64,000 nt of DNA from Clostridia bacterium (lineage in GTDB: Bacteria > Bacillota > Clostridia > Christensenellales > CAG-1252), in NCBI GenBank assembly GCA_017444385.1, contig JAFSWQ010000008.1, positions 71,685 through 135,684 on the forward strand, given 5' to 3'. Shown here in pieces: positions 9,201 through 17,414 of the stretch. The stretch's first letter is position 1, and each line of letters begins with the position of its first letter. The notes beneath the pieces were generated by a model. That model was given only the letters and a program-made list of their open reading frames with translations. It was not told the origin of the DNA and ran no database searches. The position numbers were made by a program, and so were the translations under genes.

Positions 9201-10839
9201 TATAACCGATTACGAATCCATTCTCGACCTTTGCAATACGGCGTTCCCGCAAATATACCTCAAATGGCATTATAGAAGCAAATACGAGGAACTTATCAAC
9301 TTCTCGAACGTGAACTTCTACGACTCTCAACTCGTCACCTTCCCGTCGGTAGAGAGGAAGAAACAATGGATAGGCGTGGATTTCTATTACGTCGAAGACG
9401 GCGTATTCGAGCATAACACGGCGGTAAATAAGAAAGAAGCCGAGAGAGTGGTCGAGCTTATCTACGAAAATATAGAGAAGTATCCCGATAGAAGTTTGGG
9501 CGTTATCGCTTTCAGCACCCGTCAACAAGCGCTAATCGAAAAGGCGTTATGGAACGTTAGAAAGGATCACCCCGACAAAGAATTCTTCTTCTCGTCTGAT
9601 AGAAAGGAACCCTTCTTTATAAAGAATCTCGAAACCGTTCAGGGCGACGAAAGAGATACCGTCATTTTGAGCGTAGCCTACGGTAAAGACGCGGAAGGCA
9701 AGGTATTGCATAATTTCGGGCCTCTCAATAAAACGGGCGGCGAGAGAAGACTTAACGTCGCGGTATCGAGAGCGAAATGCAATATGCAGGTCGTAGCCTC
9801 TATGAAATACACCGATATCGACTTGAATAAATCCAAAGCGAAAGGCACGGTGCTTCTTAAAGAGTATTTGCGTTTTGCAGAGCTTGGCGCCGAGGACGTT
9901 CAAGGCAAGAAGAGAGAACTCATCGTCGACGATAGATTTTGTAACTCCGCTTACGACTACTTACGTGGGCGCGGTTTCGTCGTAGAGAGAAACGTCGGTT
10001 TATCGGATAGAAAGATAGATTTAGCGGTCAAAAACGCCGAGGGCGACAGTTACGTTTTGGCGATAGAGTGCGACGGCAACGAGTACGGCTCTTTCGAAAC
10101 TACTACCGATAGAGATAGACTTCGCAGACAAAACCTCGTTCGCTTCGGCTGGGACTATTACAGGCTTTGGTCGGTCGACTGGTGCGAGAATAATTCGGAC
10201 GAATTGAAGCGCCTCGTCGCCGCAGTCAACAAGTCGTTAAAGAAAGACACCGACAAGAAGAAGGGCGGGGAAGAGCCGAAAGATCCTTCCTTCGACGTGC
10301 CTATACCCGAAACCACCTTCGAATTCCCCAAATACGTGGAAGCCGACGTCGAGAAATTGCGTAAAAAGCACAAGATAAACTTCTTGGCGATCGTTAAAGG
10401 TATTCTCGAAGTGGAGTCCCCAATAAGCGAAGAATTGCTCGTTAAGAAGATGCTATTCTATTTCAATAAAGATAAAGTAACGGCGGAAGTCAACAAGAGC
10501 TACGCGGCGTTAATGAAGAACTGCTCGTCGTTCGGTATAATCCGTCAAAACGAATTCGTCTATCTTGCGGGGCAAACCGAATTCCCGTTGAGGGTAATGT
10601 CTGACGGAAGTATGCGCGACGTGAAGTATATCGCGCTTGAAGAACTTTCCACGGGGCTTCTCGAAATATTAAGAAGAAACGGCTCTGCGGAAAAGGTATC
10701 GTTATATAAGACTCTTTGTTCGTTTTTAGGGTATCAACGCATAGGCGCGGCGGTAATGAGAAGATTAGAGATAGCGCTAAATCTCAACGCGGATATTCTC
10801 GATATCGACGAAGTAAACGTTCGCATTAAAGAAGAGTAG
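6292..10839 (+). CDS. Large SF1 (Upf1-like) helicase with a DUF4011-like N-terminus, a Vsr/DUF559-like endonuclease fold and a DUF3320-like C-terminus
   Basis: 1515 aa. N-terminal LLDLTKNNNLINFKD. Walker A GPPGTGKS, Walker B FDEASQ. Further helicase motifs GDSKQMPP, HYRS, QGDERD, NVAVSRAK. Then IDLAV...AIECDG...W-rich nuclease-like block. Confidence 0.75.
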   Translation: MDEKLKGWAEGLLDLTKNNNLINFKDTRSGTLDVIYPDFNTLFDKINSDATLEVYDPKFDDEDEDEPISDDVESVLRATAPRIKKNNQIIVYNAYTRNPIPILKQIKNKALTVMTETSVNITYVATAFILWKEPDEPDVYKAPILLTPITILNNSALTPFYIETQQDETIVNPTFAYKLKAEHNIDLPDFGDETIDEYVTKVESIVKMLGWSVSRSIKISTFSFLKMNMYVDLKDNSEKILENKNVRALLGIADFEFDGETAKKPLDLFQLHPIVDADSSQSRAMQMARDGVTFVLQGPPGTGKSQSITNIIAECLYAGKKVLFVSEKLAALNVVYEKLKQSDLADFCLELHSSKSNKKDVVKELCRVLNLGKTGVSPKAERELQQIALAKEKLDGYVDELHAERETIKRSLFEMIVEYNETKVEKEIDYVIRDIHLKGEEYFNEITEHLHHYVEMIDYVGEDYRKNCWFGFIGSDPSYSAKVKVKEALLKMVDFLCDLKPVVAELKQKFDIDADSVSLSNKYSNYCLFLSQVRYLLPSTLNKEKAAKVLDLINEQGGSAEKYLKIKGEIDAEFKEDIYALEASLVKNNLVLNYGKGIKRAFSKEYKEISNLFRSYNKSLKKVSYDEILALLDKLIDLKETERVFVENEGKYVGYFNSAYAGVKTDFTRLLNELKAVVEYDLPVGKIASMSEEQFKACRRDLAQIKEKIKATQDEHKDAIKFIHASFDPKDFNLLKLPIDSVIEKFTLCNANIDEIVNWINFYALFVKIREMDVADYLPTYIDEGVKKEEVVKVFKKIFFKEWFDYVIQNTPSLAELGRILHDRTVDQFAEKDQLQFAVNKAKIKAKVSSSRPDLDLITAGSPISILMREGEKKRRHKPIRQLLEEIPDLVQDLKPCFLMSPLSVSTFLTADFHFDTVIFDEASQIFPQDAVGAIYRGDQLICVGDSKQMPPTNFFNSTITYSENFRDEDITDYESILDLCNTAFPQIYLKWHYRSKYEELINFSNVNFYDSQLVTFPSVERKKQWIGVDFYYVEDGVFEHNTAVNKKEAERVVELIYENIEKYPDRSLGVIAFSTRQQALIEKALWNVRKDHPDKEFFFSSDRKEPFFIKNLETVQGDERDTVILSVAYGKDAEGKVLHNFGPLNKTGGERRLNVAVSRAKCNMQVVASMKYTDIDLNKSKAKGTVLLKEYLRFAELGAEDVQGKKRELIVDDRFCNSAYDYLRGRGFVVERNVGLSDRKIDLAVKNAEGDSYVLAIECDGNEYGSFETTTDRDRLRRQNLVRFGWDYYRLWSVDWCENNSDELKRLVAAVNKSLKKDTDKKKGGEEPKDPSFDVPIPETTFEFPKYVEADVEKLRKKHKINFLAIVKGILEVESPISEELLVKKMLFYFNKDKVTAEVNKSYAALMKNCSSFGIIRQNEFVYLAGQTEFPLRVMSDGSMRDVKYIALEELSTGLLEILRRNGSAEKVSLYKTLCSFLGYQRIGAAVMRRLEIALNLNADILDIDEVNVRIKEE

Positions 10840-10913
10840 CACAAACAAATCCTAAATATAAAAGAATATTGAAATTTTCCTGTTAAGAATAAAATAATAT
10901 CACGGAGGCAAAT

Positions 10914-11213
10914 ATGATAGACGCTAAAGACGCTAAAAAAATCTCAAAAGAGAATTCCGATCACTCGATAATACCTAAATGGTTGGAAAACGATATAAAA
11001 GAAGCCGCTGAAAAAGGGCAGAGAAAATACGTTTATAGCGAAAGATTTTACAATCCCGGTTGGTATTGGTTTGATCCCGCTCAAATAAAAAGCTGGAATG
11101 AGCATATGAAATACCCGAAAGAATGCGCAAGATGGTTAAGAAAGCACGGATACAAGGTAAGGCTCATAACCAATTACTTAAAGTTCGAATACACTATAAA
11201 AATCTACTGGTAA
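10914..11213 (+). CDS. Hypothetical protein (99 aa), immediately downstream of the helicase-nuclease
   Basis: GGAGG RBS. No recognisable motif. Confidence 0.5.
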   Translation: MIDAKDAKKISKENSDHSIIPKWLENDIKEAAEKGQRKYVYSERFYNPGWYWFDPAQIKSWNEHMKYPKECARWLRKHGYKVRLITNYLKFEYTIKIYW

Positions 11214-11342
11214 TACTGTTAAAGAAGTTATGCCGAAGAATAATGCAAAAAGCACGGCATCAAATACGTCAACGATTAAAGAGGTTTTATTATAAAGTAT
11301 AAGCCGTTTACGGTTTCATGATTATTCTAGAGTATTACAAAA

Positions 11343-11427
11343 AGGGGATACTTCGACTGCGCTCATTTAGACGAACCTAATCAAATTCGTCGTATGATCG
11401 GCGTAAAGTAGAGTCGAAATATCCCCT
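11343..11427. repeat. REP/MITE-like hairpin element (locus B) between convergent genes
   Basis: Arms AGGGGATACTTCGAC (11343-11357) and GTCGAAATATCCCCT (11413-11427) are inverted repeats. An A run precedes and T-rich sequence follows. Confidence 0.8.
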
Positions 11428-11472
11428 ATTTAATTGCCTTAACGGTTATAAGTTGTAGCCGTTAACGATCGT

Positions 11473-14400
11473 TTACTTACCTAAATCCTCGAAAACGATG
11501 GCGAATTTAAGGTCGAAGTTCCTCATACCCCATAAACGATATTGAGATTTCAAGAAAGAGCAGCAGGGCACGTCGCCGCCAACCCCTCTTTGACCGCCGT
11601 CCACGTTGACGGTTATCTCTTCACGTCTACCGAGTTCGTGTAAGTGTTTAGCGTTTTCAAGCATATTTATATCGTAAGGGTGCGCCGAGAATTCAAACGG
11701 CTTGTTTTCGGCAATTATCTTTATCTTATCGGCGATATTAACCCATCTAACGCCCATACGATTGCCGTTTTCTTGCGGGTAGAGGTAGTCGTGAGAGAGT
11801 TCTTCGGCGGTACCGCTATAAACTCCCATACGCGCCGCCGCAACGCGGTCTATATAGTTTTCGTTAGGTCCCATACCGAAGTATTCGAAGCCGTCTATAC
11901 CCTTCGCCAAAGCGCAGGTAAGACCGTAACGAATTTGGTTAGACCAAGCGAAGAATTTCAATTCGGCGTCTATCTTTCCGTCGCCGTAGACCTTGTAAAT
12001 AGTCTTGGTGCCGCTTTGCAGGAACATATGCCAAGAGGTGATTATTTCAACGCAATCTTCGCCTTTCTTAACCGAAGTAGCAAGAGGTCTCATCTTCGCG
12101 TTCGCTTTCTTGTGACGTCTCAAATTCAAGAACGCAAAAGTATCCGTTTCGGGCGAGAGGGAAGCGTACGTGTCGTTATTCGTGTAAGCGCGCCAGTATT
12201 GCGGTACGATGGGGGAAGAGAGGTATTCTTTGCCTTTAATTATTAAGGAAACGAAACCGCCCGTCTTTTTGTCGAAAGAATAATTGAAGTCGTCGCCCTT
12301 TACGGCGATGATCGAATCTTTAATCTCGCATTCGATTTTAGCGGATTTTTGGGGCAATACACAGGGAAGTTCGCTCTTTTGAGTTACGAATTGTTCGTAG
12401 GCGCAAACGTAGCCCGCTTCGGCGTATTCGGTGGAATCCTTGTAACTGAATTCAACGTCCAAAGTGCTATATCCCTTTGCGGGGAAGAACTCTTTGTCGA
12501 GTTTGACTTTACTTTCGGTCATCGCGGCGGTAGCGGGAATTTCTACTAGTTTATTGACTACCTCTTTACCGTCGCACTTTGCGATAACTCTCATCTCGAA
12601 TCGAGAAAGGTCGATAAACGAATACTTGTTCTTTATCGTCAAAACGTTGTCGTCAAGCGTTAAGAATATTCTCGCGTAGACCTTTTTGACTTCGTATAAA
12701 GCGGGGTTAGGCGAACGATCGGCTCTTACGATACCGTTGAAAGCGAATTGTCCGTCGTGAGGTTTATCGCCCCAGTCGCCGCCCATGGTCCACTCGGTAA
12801 CGCCGTTTACTACGCGTTTTATGGATTGATCGGCAAAGTCCCAAATACAACCGCCCAAAAGCCTCGGATTGTTTTCAAAATCCTTCCAATAATCTATGAA
12901 GTTGCCGAGCGAATTGCCCATACAGTGCGCGTATTCGCATTGCATAAAGGGTTTGTCGCGGTAGGCTTTCGCGGTAAGGACGTTACCCATCATGTTGTTC
13001 CAGAAAGCGCGGCTGTGGATTATGGTCTTATTGTCGGCGATCTTTTGCATTTTCTCTTGTACGGTGTACATTTCGGAAATAACGTCGCTCACTTCGTGCA
13101 TAGGCTCGTAGTGGATAAGACGGGTATCGTCGAGGGCAAGAGCGCATTTTCTTATCTCTTTGAACGCTTCGCCTATACCCGACTCGTTACCGAGCGACCA
13201 AAAGATTATAGAGGGGTGATTTCTGTAAGTTCTCACCATATTTTCCATTCTATAACAGCAGTTTTTCGTCCAAGTAGCGTTGTTATGAGGTATGAGTTTA
13301 GCCGAGCCGTGAGTTTCGAGGTTGTTTTCGCTTATAACGAGTAGACCTATCTCGTCGCATCTACGATAAAAATATCTCGAATCGGGATAGTGGCAGGTTC
13401 TTACGGTGTTTATATTGTTCCTCTTGATAAGCAAAAGGTCGCTATTCGTTATCTCATCGGGAACGGCGTGACCGTAATCGGGGTGGAAATCGTGGCGGTT
13501 TACGCCGCACATTTTGAAGAGTTTGCCGTTCAAAGCGACGTAGGGTTGCTCGCCCTTATTGCCTTTGATTATTTCGATTTTTCTAAATCCGTATTGAATT
13601 ACGCGTCTATCGAACTCAACGCCGTCTTTGGATAGAGTAAGGATAACTTTGTATAATTTAGGTATTTCGTGCGACCATAATTCGGGGGTTAGATCATTAA
13701 AGTCGAACTTCAAAACGTCTTTTGCGGAAAGCGAGCCGTGAACGTTGAGTTCGGGGATATTGAAAGAGCAGTCCGCGCCCGCGTATTCGCCGCCCAAAAC
13801 CACGTCGCAAGTAAGGTCGCATTTAGATAGATCGTCGTTGAAAGTCGCTTTTAAGAATGCGTCCTCGAAACGCGCGGCAGGCTCGAAACGCAAATTTACG
13901 TCTCTGAAAATACCCGACAAACGCCACATATCTTGGTCTTCGAGATAACTTCCCGTACAGTATCTTATAACCAAAACCGTGAGCCTGTTTTTGCCTTTAA
14001 CGACGAAGTTCGTAATATCGTAGGTAACGATATCGAAGGTATCTTCGCTATATCCTACGAATTGACCGTTGACGTACACGAAGCCGCAGCTGTTGATTCC
14101 GCAGAATTCCAAACGGAGATCAGAGTAATCCTCGTCGATATCGAACTCGGTGACGTAAAGACCGCAAGGATTGATCTCGTCGTTTATAGAGGGCTTGCGG
14201 AAGTCTTTTGAATTTATGGGGTATGGGTAGTTTATATTGGTGTAAATGGGAATGTCGTAGCCGCAAAGTTGCCAATTGGAAGGCACTTTGAGCGAATCGA
14301 AACCACTTACGTCATAGTCTCGGGCAAACATCTCGTCTTTGATCTCGTTTACGCTCGAGAAGAATTTGAAACGCCATTGTCCGTTTAAGGAACGTTGATA

Positions 14401-14493
14401 GGGCTTGCCGTTTACGTCAACTCTCGCTTCGAGAGAATTTCTTTTCAAAGTGTTTACAGAAAATATTTCGGGATTTTGCCAATATTTTTCCAT
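11473..14493 (-). CDS. lacZ: Beta-galactosidase, glycoside hydrolase family 2
   Basis: 1006 aa. WSLGNESG and CEYAHCMGNS regions. LacZ-like length and N-terminal WQNPEI motif. Confidence 0.85.
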   Translation of the reverse strand: MEKYWQNPEIFSVNTLKRNSLEARVDVNGKPYQRSLNGQWRFKFFSSVNEIKDEMFARDYDVSGFDSLKVPSNWQLCGYDIPIYTNINYPYPINSKDFRKPSINDEINPCGLYVTEFDIDEDYSDLRLEFCGINSCGFVYVNGQFVGYSEDTFDIVTYDITNFVVKGKNRLTVLVIRYCTGSYLEDQDMWRLSGIFRDVNLRFEPAARFEDAFLKATFNDDLSKCDLTCDVVLGGEYAGADCSFNIPELNVHGSLSAKDVLKFDFNDLTPELWSHEIPKLYKVILTLSKDGVEFDRRVIQYGFRKIEIIKGNKGEQPYVALNGKLFKMCGVNRHDFHPDYGHAVPDEITNSDLLLIKRNNINTVRTCHYPDSRYFYRRCDEIGLLVISENNLETHGSAKLIPHNNATWTKNCCYRMENMVRTYRNHPSIIFWSLGNESGIGEAFKEIRKCALALDDTRLIHYEPMHEVSDVISEMYTVQEKMQKIADNKTIIHSRAFWNNMMGNVLTAKAYRDKPFMQCEYAHCMGNSLGNFIDYWKDFENNPRLLGGCIWDFADQSIKRVVNGVTEWTMGGDWGDKPHDGQFAFNGIVRADRSPNPALYEVKKVYARIFLTLDDNVLTIKNKYSFIDLSRFEMRVIAKCDGKEVVNKLVEIPATAAMTESKVKLDKEFFPAKGYSTLDVEFSYKDSTEYAEAGYVCAYEQFVTQKSELPCVLPQKSAKIECEIKDSIIAVKGDDFNYSFDKKTGGFVSLIIKGKEYLSSPIVPQYWRAYTNNDTYASLSPETDTFAFLNLRRHKKANAKMRPLATSVKKGEDCVEIITSWHMFLQSGTKTIYKVYGDGKIDAELKFFAWSNQIRYGLTCALAKGIDGFEYFGMGPNENYIDRVAAARMGVYSGTAEELSHDYLYPQENGNRMGVRWVNIADKIKIIAENKPFEFSAHPYDINMLENAKHLHELGRREEITVNVDGGQRGVGGDVPCCSFLKSQYRLWGMRNFDLKFAIVFEDLGK

Positions 14494-14598
14494 TTTACGC
14501 CTCCGTCAGCATTTTATTGATATTTTTATTATAATATATAAATAAATATAAATCAAGAGAAAAAAATTAAACTTTTTATATTGTAAATTGGGTCGGTT

Positions 14599-16308
14599 TT
14601 GTTTTATAATATAATCGTGAACTATAAATCGTTGTATCGCAAATACAGACCTCGCACTTTCGACGACGTCGTAGAGCAGGGCTATATAGTAAAGATTTTG
14701 AGAAATCAAGTTTTAAGCGGCAATATCGCGCACGCTTTTTTATTCACCGGGACGCGTGGAACGGGTAAAACTACGCTCGCCCGCATTTTTGCCAAGGCTA
14801 TAAATTGCGAAAACCCCGTTAACGGGAATCCGTGCGGGACTTGCCCCGCGTGCCAAGCTCTAACGCAAGGCTCGTCCGACGTTTTCGAATTGGACGCCGC
14901 TTCCTATAACGGCGTAGACAACGTTCGTCAACTCGTCGATAGCGTTCAATACCTACCGATGACCACAAAGTACAAGGTGTATATAATCGACGAAGTTCAT
15001 ATGTTTTCGACTTCCGCTTTTAACGCGCTCTTGAAAACAATAGAGGAGCCTCCCGAATATTGCGTGTTTATATTGGCTACTACCGAAGTTCAAAAGATAC
15101 CCGATACCATACTTTCGCGTTGCGTAAAGCTCGATTTCCGCTTGGTTAGTACGAAAGGCGTGACCGATTTAATAAAGTCCTTATTAGACAAAGAGAAAGT
15201 TGCTTACGACCTCGACGCTATCAAAGCGATTGCCGAAGCGGGGCAGGGCAGCGTTCGTGACGCATTGAGTATCGCAGAGACCTGTATAGGCGCGAAAGAC
15301 GGAAAGTTGGATTTTCAAACCGTAATCGAGGTTTTGGGCGCAAACGCCCCCGAATTTATCCAAGAATTATCTCGTTCTATCGTTGCGGGCGACCTATCGG
15401 GCGCGCTCTCTCAAATCAATTACGCGGGCGAACTCGGCAAAAATATGGCGGTTTTGGCGCGTGACGTAACCAAGTATTTACGCGATTTATTGATAATAAA
15501 GACGGATAAAAACGCGGCAAAACTCGTTTCTTTGCCCTCGTCTACCTTTGATAAGGCGAAAGAAGTAGCCGAAAAATTCTCGTACGAAGAAATATTGAAT
15601 TGCTTGGAAATTCTATCCGGTTGCGATACCGCGATGAGATATTCGACAACGCCGCGTTACGTTTTGGAAACCGCGGTCGCTAAATGCGCGTCGCTAACGA
15701 GAAACGACTTGATCGAAACGAATGCAAAGATAAAACAAATCGAACGAAAGATAGAAGAGGGTATAACGGTCACAAAGTACGTCAATACGGTGGAATACGT
15801 CAATAAAACCGAGATCGTGACGCAAGCCGTTGAACCGGCGAAAGAAGAGGATGCGGCGCTTACCGCGGCTAACGAGCTTCCTTTTGAGACGGTAGAGGTC
15901 GAAGAGATACCTTTCGACGTGCCGATTGAAGCACCTAAACCAATTGAAAAACCCGTGGAAGCTACTAACGCAAAGCCCTCCTATAAAGCGATAAATACGG
16001 CTAAAAGTATGGAATTGAAAGGGTTTATCAAACTCAAATCGCGCGACGTAGATCCGATGCTTGCGGCAATTTTCAAAGGAGACGACGTCAAAGTGGACGT
16101 TTATCCCAGAAAGGTAGAGCTTATCGTAAAAAGCGAATTCGATTATAAAATGTTAAAGGAAAAAGAAGAGATGTTGAAGTCGCTTATTTACGAGTTTTGC
16201 GAAGACGGTATGCCTTTCGAGATAGTGTATAACGAAGCGAAAACCGCTTCGAACGTAGGTGAATTTCAAAATATGTTCGAAAAGAACAAAGTAAAAGTAA
16301 ATAGATAG
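14599..16308 (+). CDS. dnaX: DNA polymerase III subunit gamma/tau
   Basis: LYRKYRPRTFDDVVEQ, Walker A GTRGTGKTT, zinc module CGTCPAC, DEVHM. The start is uncertain: TTG 14599 or GTG 14617. Confidence 0.9.
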   Translation: MFYNIIVNYKSLYRKYRPRTFDDVVEQGYIVKILRNQVLSGNIAHAFLFTGTRGTGKTTLARIFAKAINCENPVNGNPCGTCPACQALTQGSSDVFELDAASYNGVDNVRQLVDSVQYLPMTTKYKVYIIDEVHMFSTSAFNALLKTIEEPPEYCVFILATTEVQKIPDTILSRCVKLDFRLVSTKGVTDLIKSLLDKEKVAYDLDAIKAIAEAGQGSVRDALSIAETCIGAKDGKLDFQTVIEVLGANAPEFIQELSRSIVAGDLSGALSQINYAGELGKNMAVLARDVTKYLRDLLIIKTDKNAAKLVSLPSSTFDKAKEVAEKFSYEEILNCLEILSGCDTAMRYSTTPRYVLETAVAKCASLTRNDLIETNAKIKQIERKIEEGITVTKYVNTVEYVNKTEIVTQAVEPAKEEDAALTAANELPFETVEVEEIPFDVPIEAPKPIEKPVEATNAKPSYKAINTAKSMELKGFIKLKSRDVDPMLAAIFKGDDVKVDVYPRKVELIVKSEFDYKMLKEKEEMLKSLIYEFCEDGMPFEIVYNEAKTASNVGEFQNMFEKNKVKVNR

Positions 16309-16324
16309 ACAGGAGGAATTTATT

Positions 16325-16657
16325 ATGGCTAAATACGGTGGTTACGGTGGCGGCGGCAATATGCAAGCGCTCATTCGTCAAGCGCAAAAGATGCAAGAAG
16401 AAATGCAAAAGGCTCAAGAGTCGCTGAAGTCGATGGAATTCGTAGGCTCGGCGCAAGGCTTGGTCGAAGTTACCTTGACGGGCGAAAAGACTTTGGTCGG
16501 CGTAAAGATCAAGCCCGAAGTCGTCGATCCCGAAGACGTTGAAATGCTCGAAGATCTCATCAAAGCGGCGTTTGAAGACGCTTACGAAAAAGTGGAAGAA
16601 AAGACCGAAGAGGTCATGGGACCTTACGCAAGTATGCTTAAAGGTACGGGATTTTAA
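16325..16657 (+). CDS. ybaB: YbaB/EbfC nucleoid-associated protein
   Basis: 110 aa. MQALIRQAQKMQEEMQKAQE. Conserved position between dnaX and recR. Confidence 0.9.
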   Translation: MAKYGGYGGGGNMQALIRQAQKMQEEMQKAQESLKSMEFVGSAQGLVEVTLTGEKTLVGVKIKPEVVDPEDVEMLEDLIKAAFEDAYEKVEEKTEEVMGPYASMLKGTGF

Positions 16658-17241
16658 TGAAGAATATACCCGCAATAAATCGTTTGGCGGATAAGTTTTC
16701 CACTCTTCCCGGGGTAGGTAAAAAATCCGCCTTACGCTACGCTTATAAAATAGTCGGAATGTCCGACGAAGACGCGGAAGATTTTATCGAGGCTATAAAA
16801 GAGGTCAAAGAAAAAGTACATCTTTGTTCTTCTTGCGGCGCGTTTACCGATCTACCCGTATGCGAGATTTGTTCGGAAAGAGACTCGTCTACGATATGCG
16901 TCGTTAAAGAACCTAAAGACGTTGACGCATTCGAGAGGCTTGGGGAATATAGGGGCGTATATCACGTTTTACACGGGCAATTAAGCCCCTTAAACGGAAT
17001 AGGTCCCGACGATTTGCGCATCAAAGAACTTTTAGCGCGCCTTGATGATTGTAAAGAGGTTATAATCGCCTTAAATCCCGACGTAGAGGGGGACGCAACG
17101 GCTATGTATATTAGCCGCCTTATAAAGCCTTTGGGTATCAAAGTTACGCGTTTGGCACGCGGAATTCCTTCGGGCAGCGAACTCGAATACGCCGACGAAG
17201 CGACTTTAAGCGAAGCCTTCAACGCAAGAAAAGAGTTTTAA
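16657..17241 (+). CDS. recR: Recombination protein RecR
   Basis: 194 aa. HhH LPGVGKKSALRYA, C4 zinc finger CSSCG..CEIC, Toprim region. Confidence 0.9.
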   Translation: MKNIPAINRLADKFSTLPGVGKKSALRYAYKIVGMSDEDAEDFIEAIKEVKEKVHLCSSCGAFTDLPVCEICSERDSSTICVVKEPKDVDAFERLGEYRGVYHVLHGQLSPLNGIGPDDLRIKELLARLDDCKEVIIALNPDVEGDATAMYISRLIKPLGIKVTRLARGIPSGSELEYADEATLSEAFNARKEF

Positions 17242-17261
17242 TATAATTAAAAGTATAAATT

Positions 17262-17405
17262 AAAAAAAAGGACTGTGACTATTACCCTTAATTTAGGGAT
17301 CCTTCGACTACGCTCAGGATGACGTACTTATCATATTCGTCATATTGAGCGGCGTGAAACAGAGTCGAAATATCCCATATTGGATAATAATTCACAGTCT
17401 TTTTT
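17262..17405. terminator. Bidirectional terminator-like stem (A8-GACTGTGA ... TCACAGTC-T6) whose loop holds REP/MITE-like element C
   Basis: 8-bp inverted arms at 17271-17278 and 17392-17399, flanked by an A run and a T run, between the convergent recR and 17415-19010 genes. Confidence 0.6.
17294..17377. repeat. REP/MITE-like hairpin element (locus C), two inverted arms
   Basis: TAGGGATCCTTCGACTACGCTCAGGATGACG ... CGTCATATTGAGCGGCGTGAAACAGAGTCGAAATATCCCA. Confidence 0.85.
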
Positions 17406-17414
17406 GTATGTTAA

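Noticed and set aside
11441-11470. Similarity between TTGTAGCCGTTAACG near the lacZ stop and TTGTAGCCGTTCAACG in the 117-bp repeats (1511-1527)
   Set aside because: Only ~15 nt match and nothing else in the two contexts aligns. That is too short to call a repeat family without a genome-wide search.
14494-14598. SRP RNA (ffs/scRNA) expected upstream of dnaX
   Set aside because: The spacer is ~100 nt of AT-rich sequence with no GC-rich helix 8 or GNAR tetraloop features. No RNA gene can be supported.
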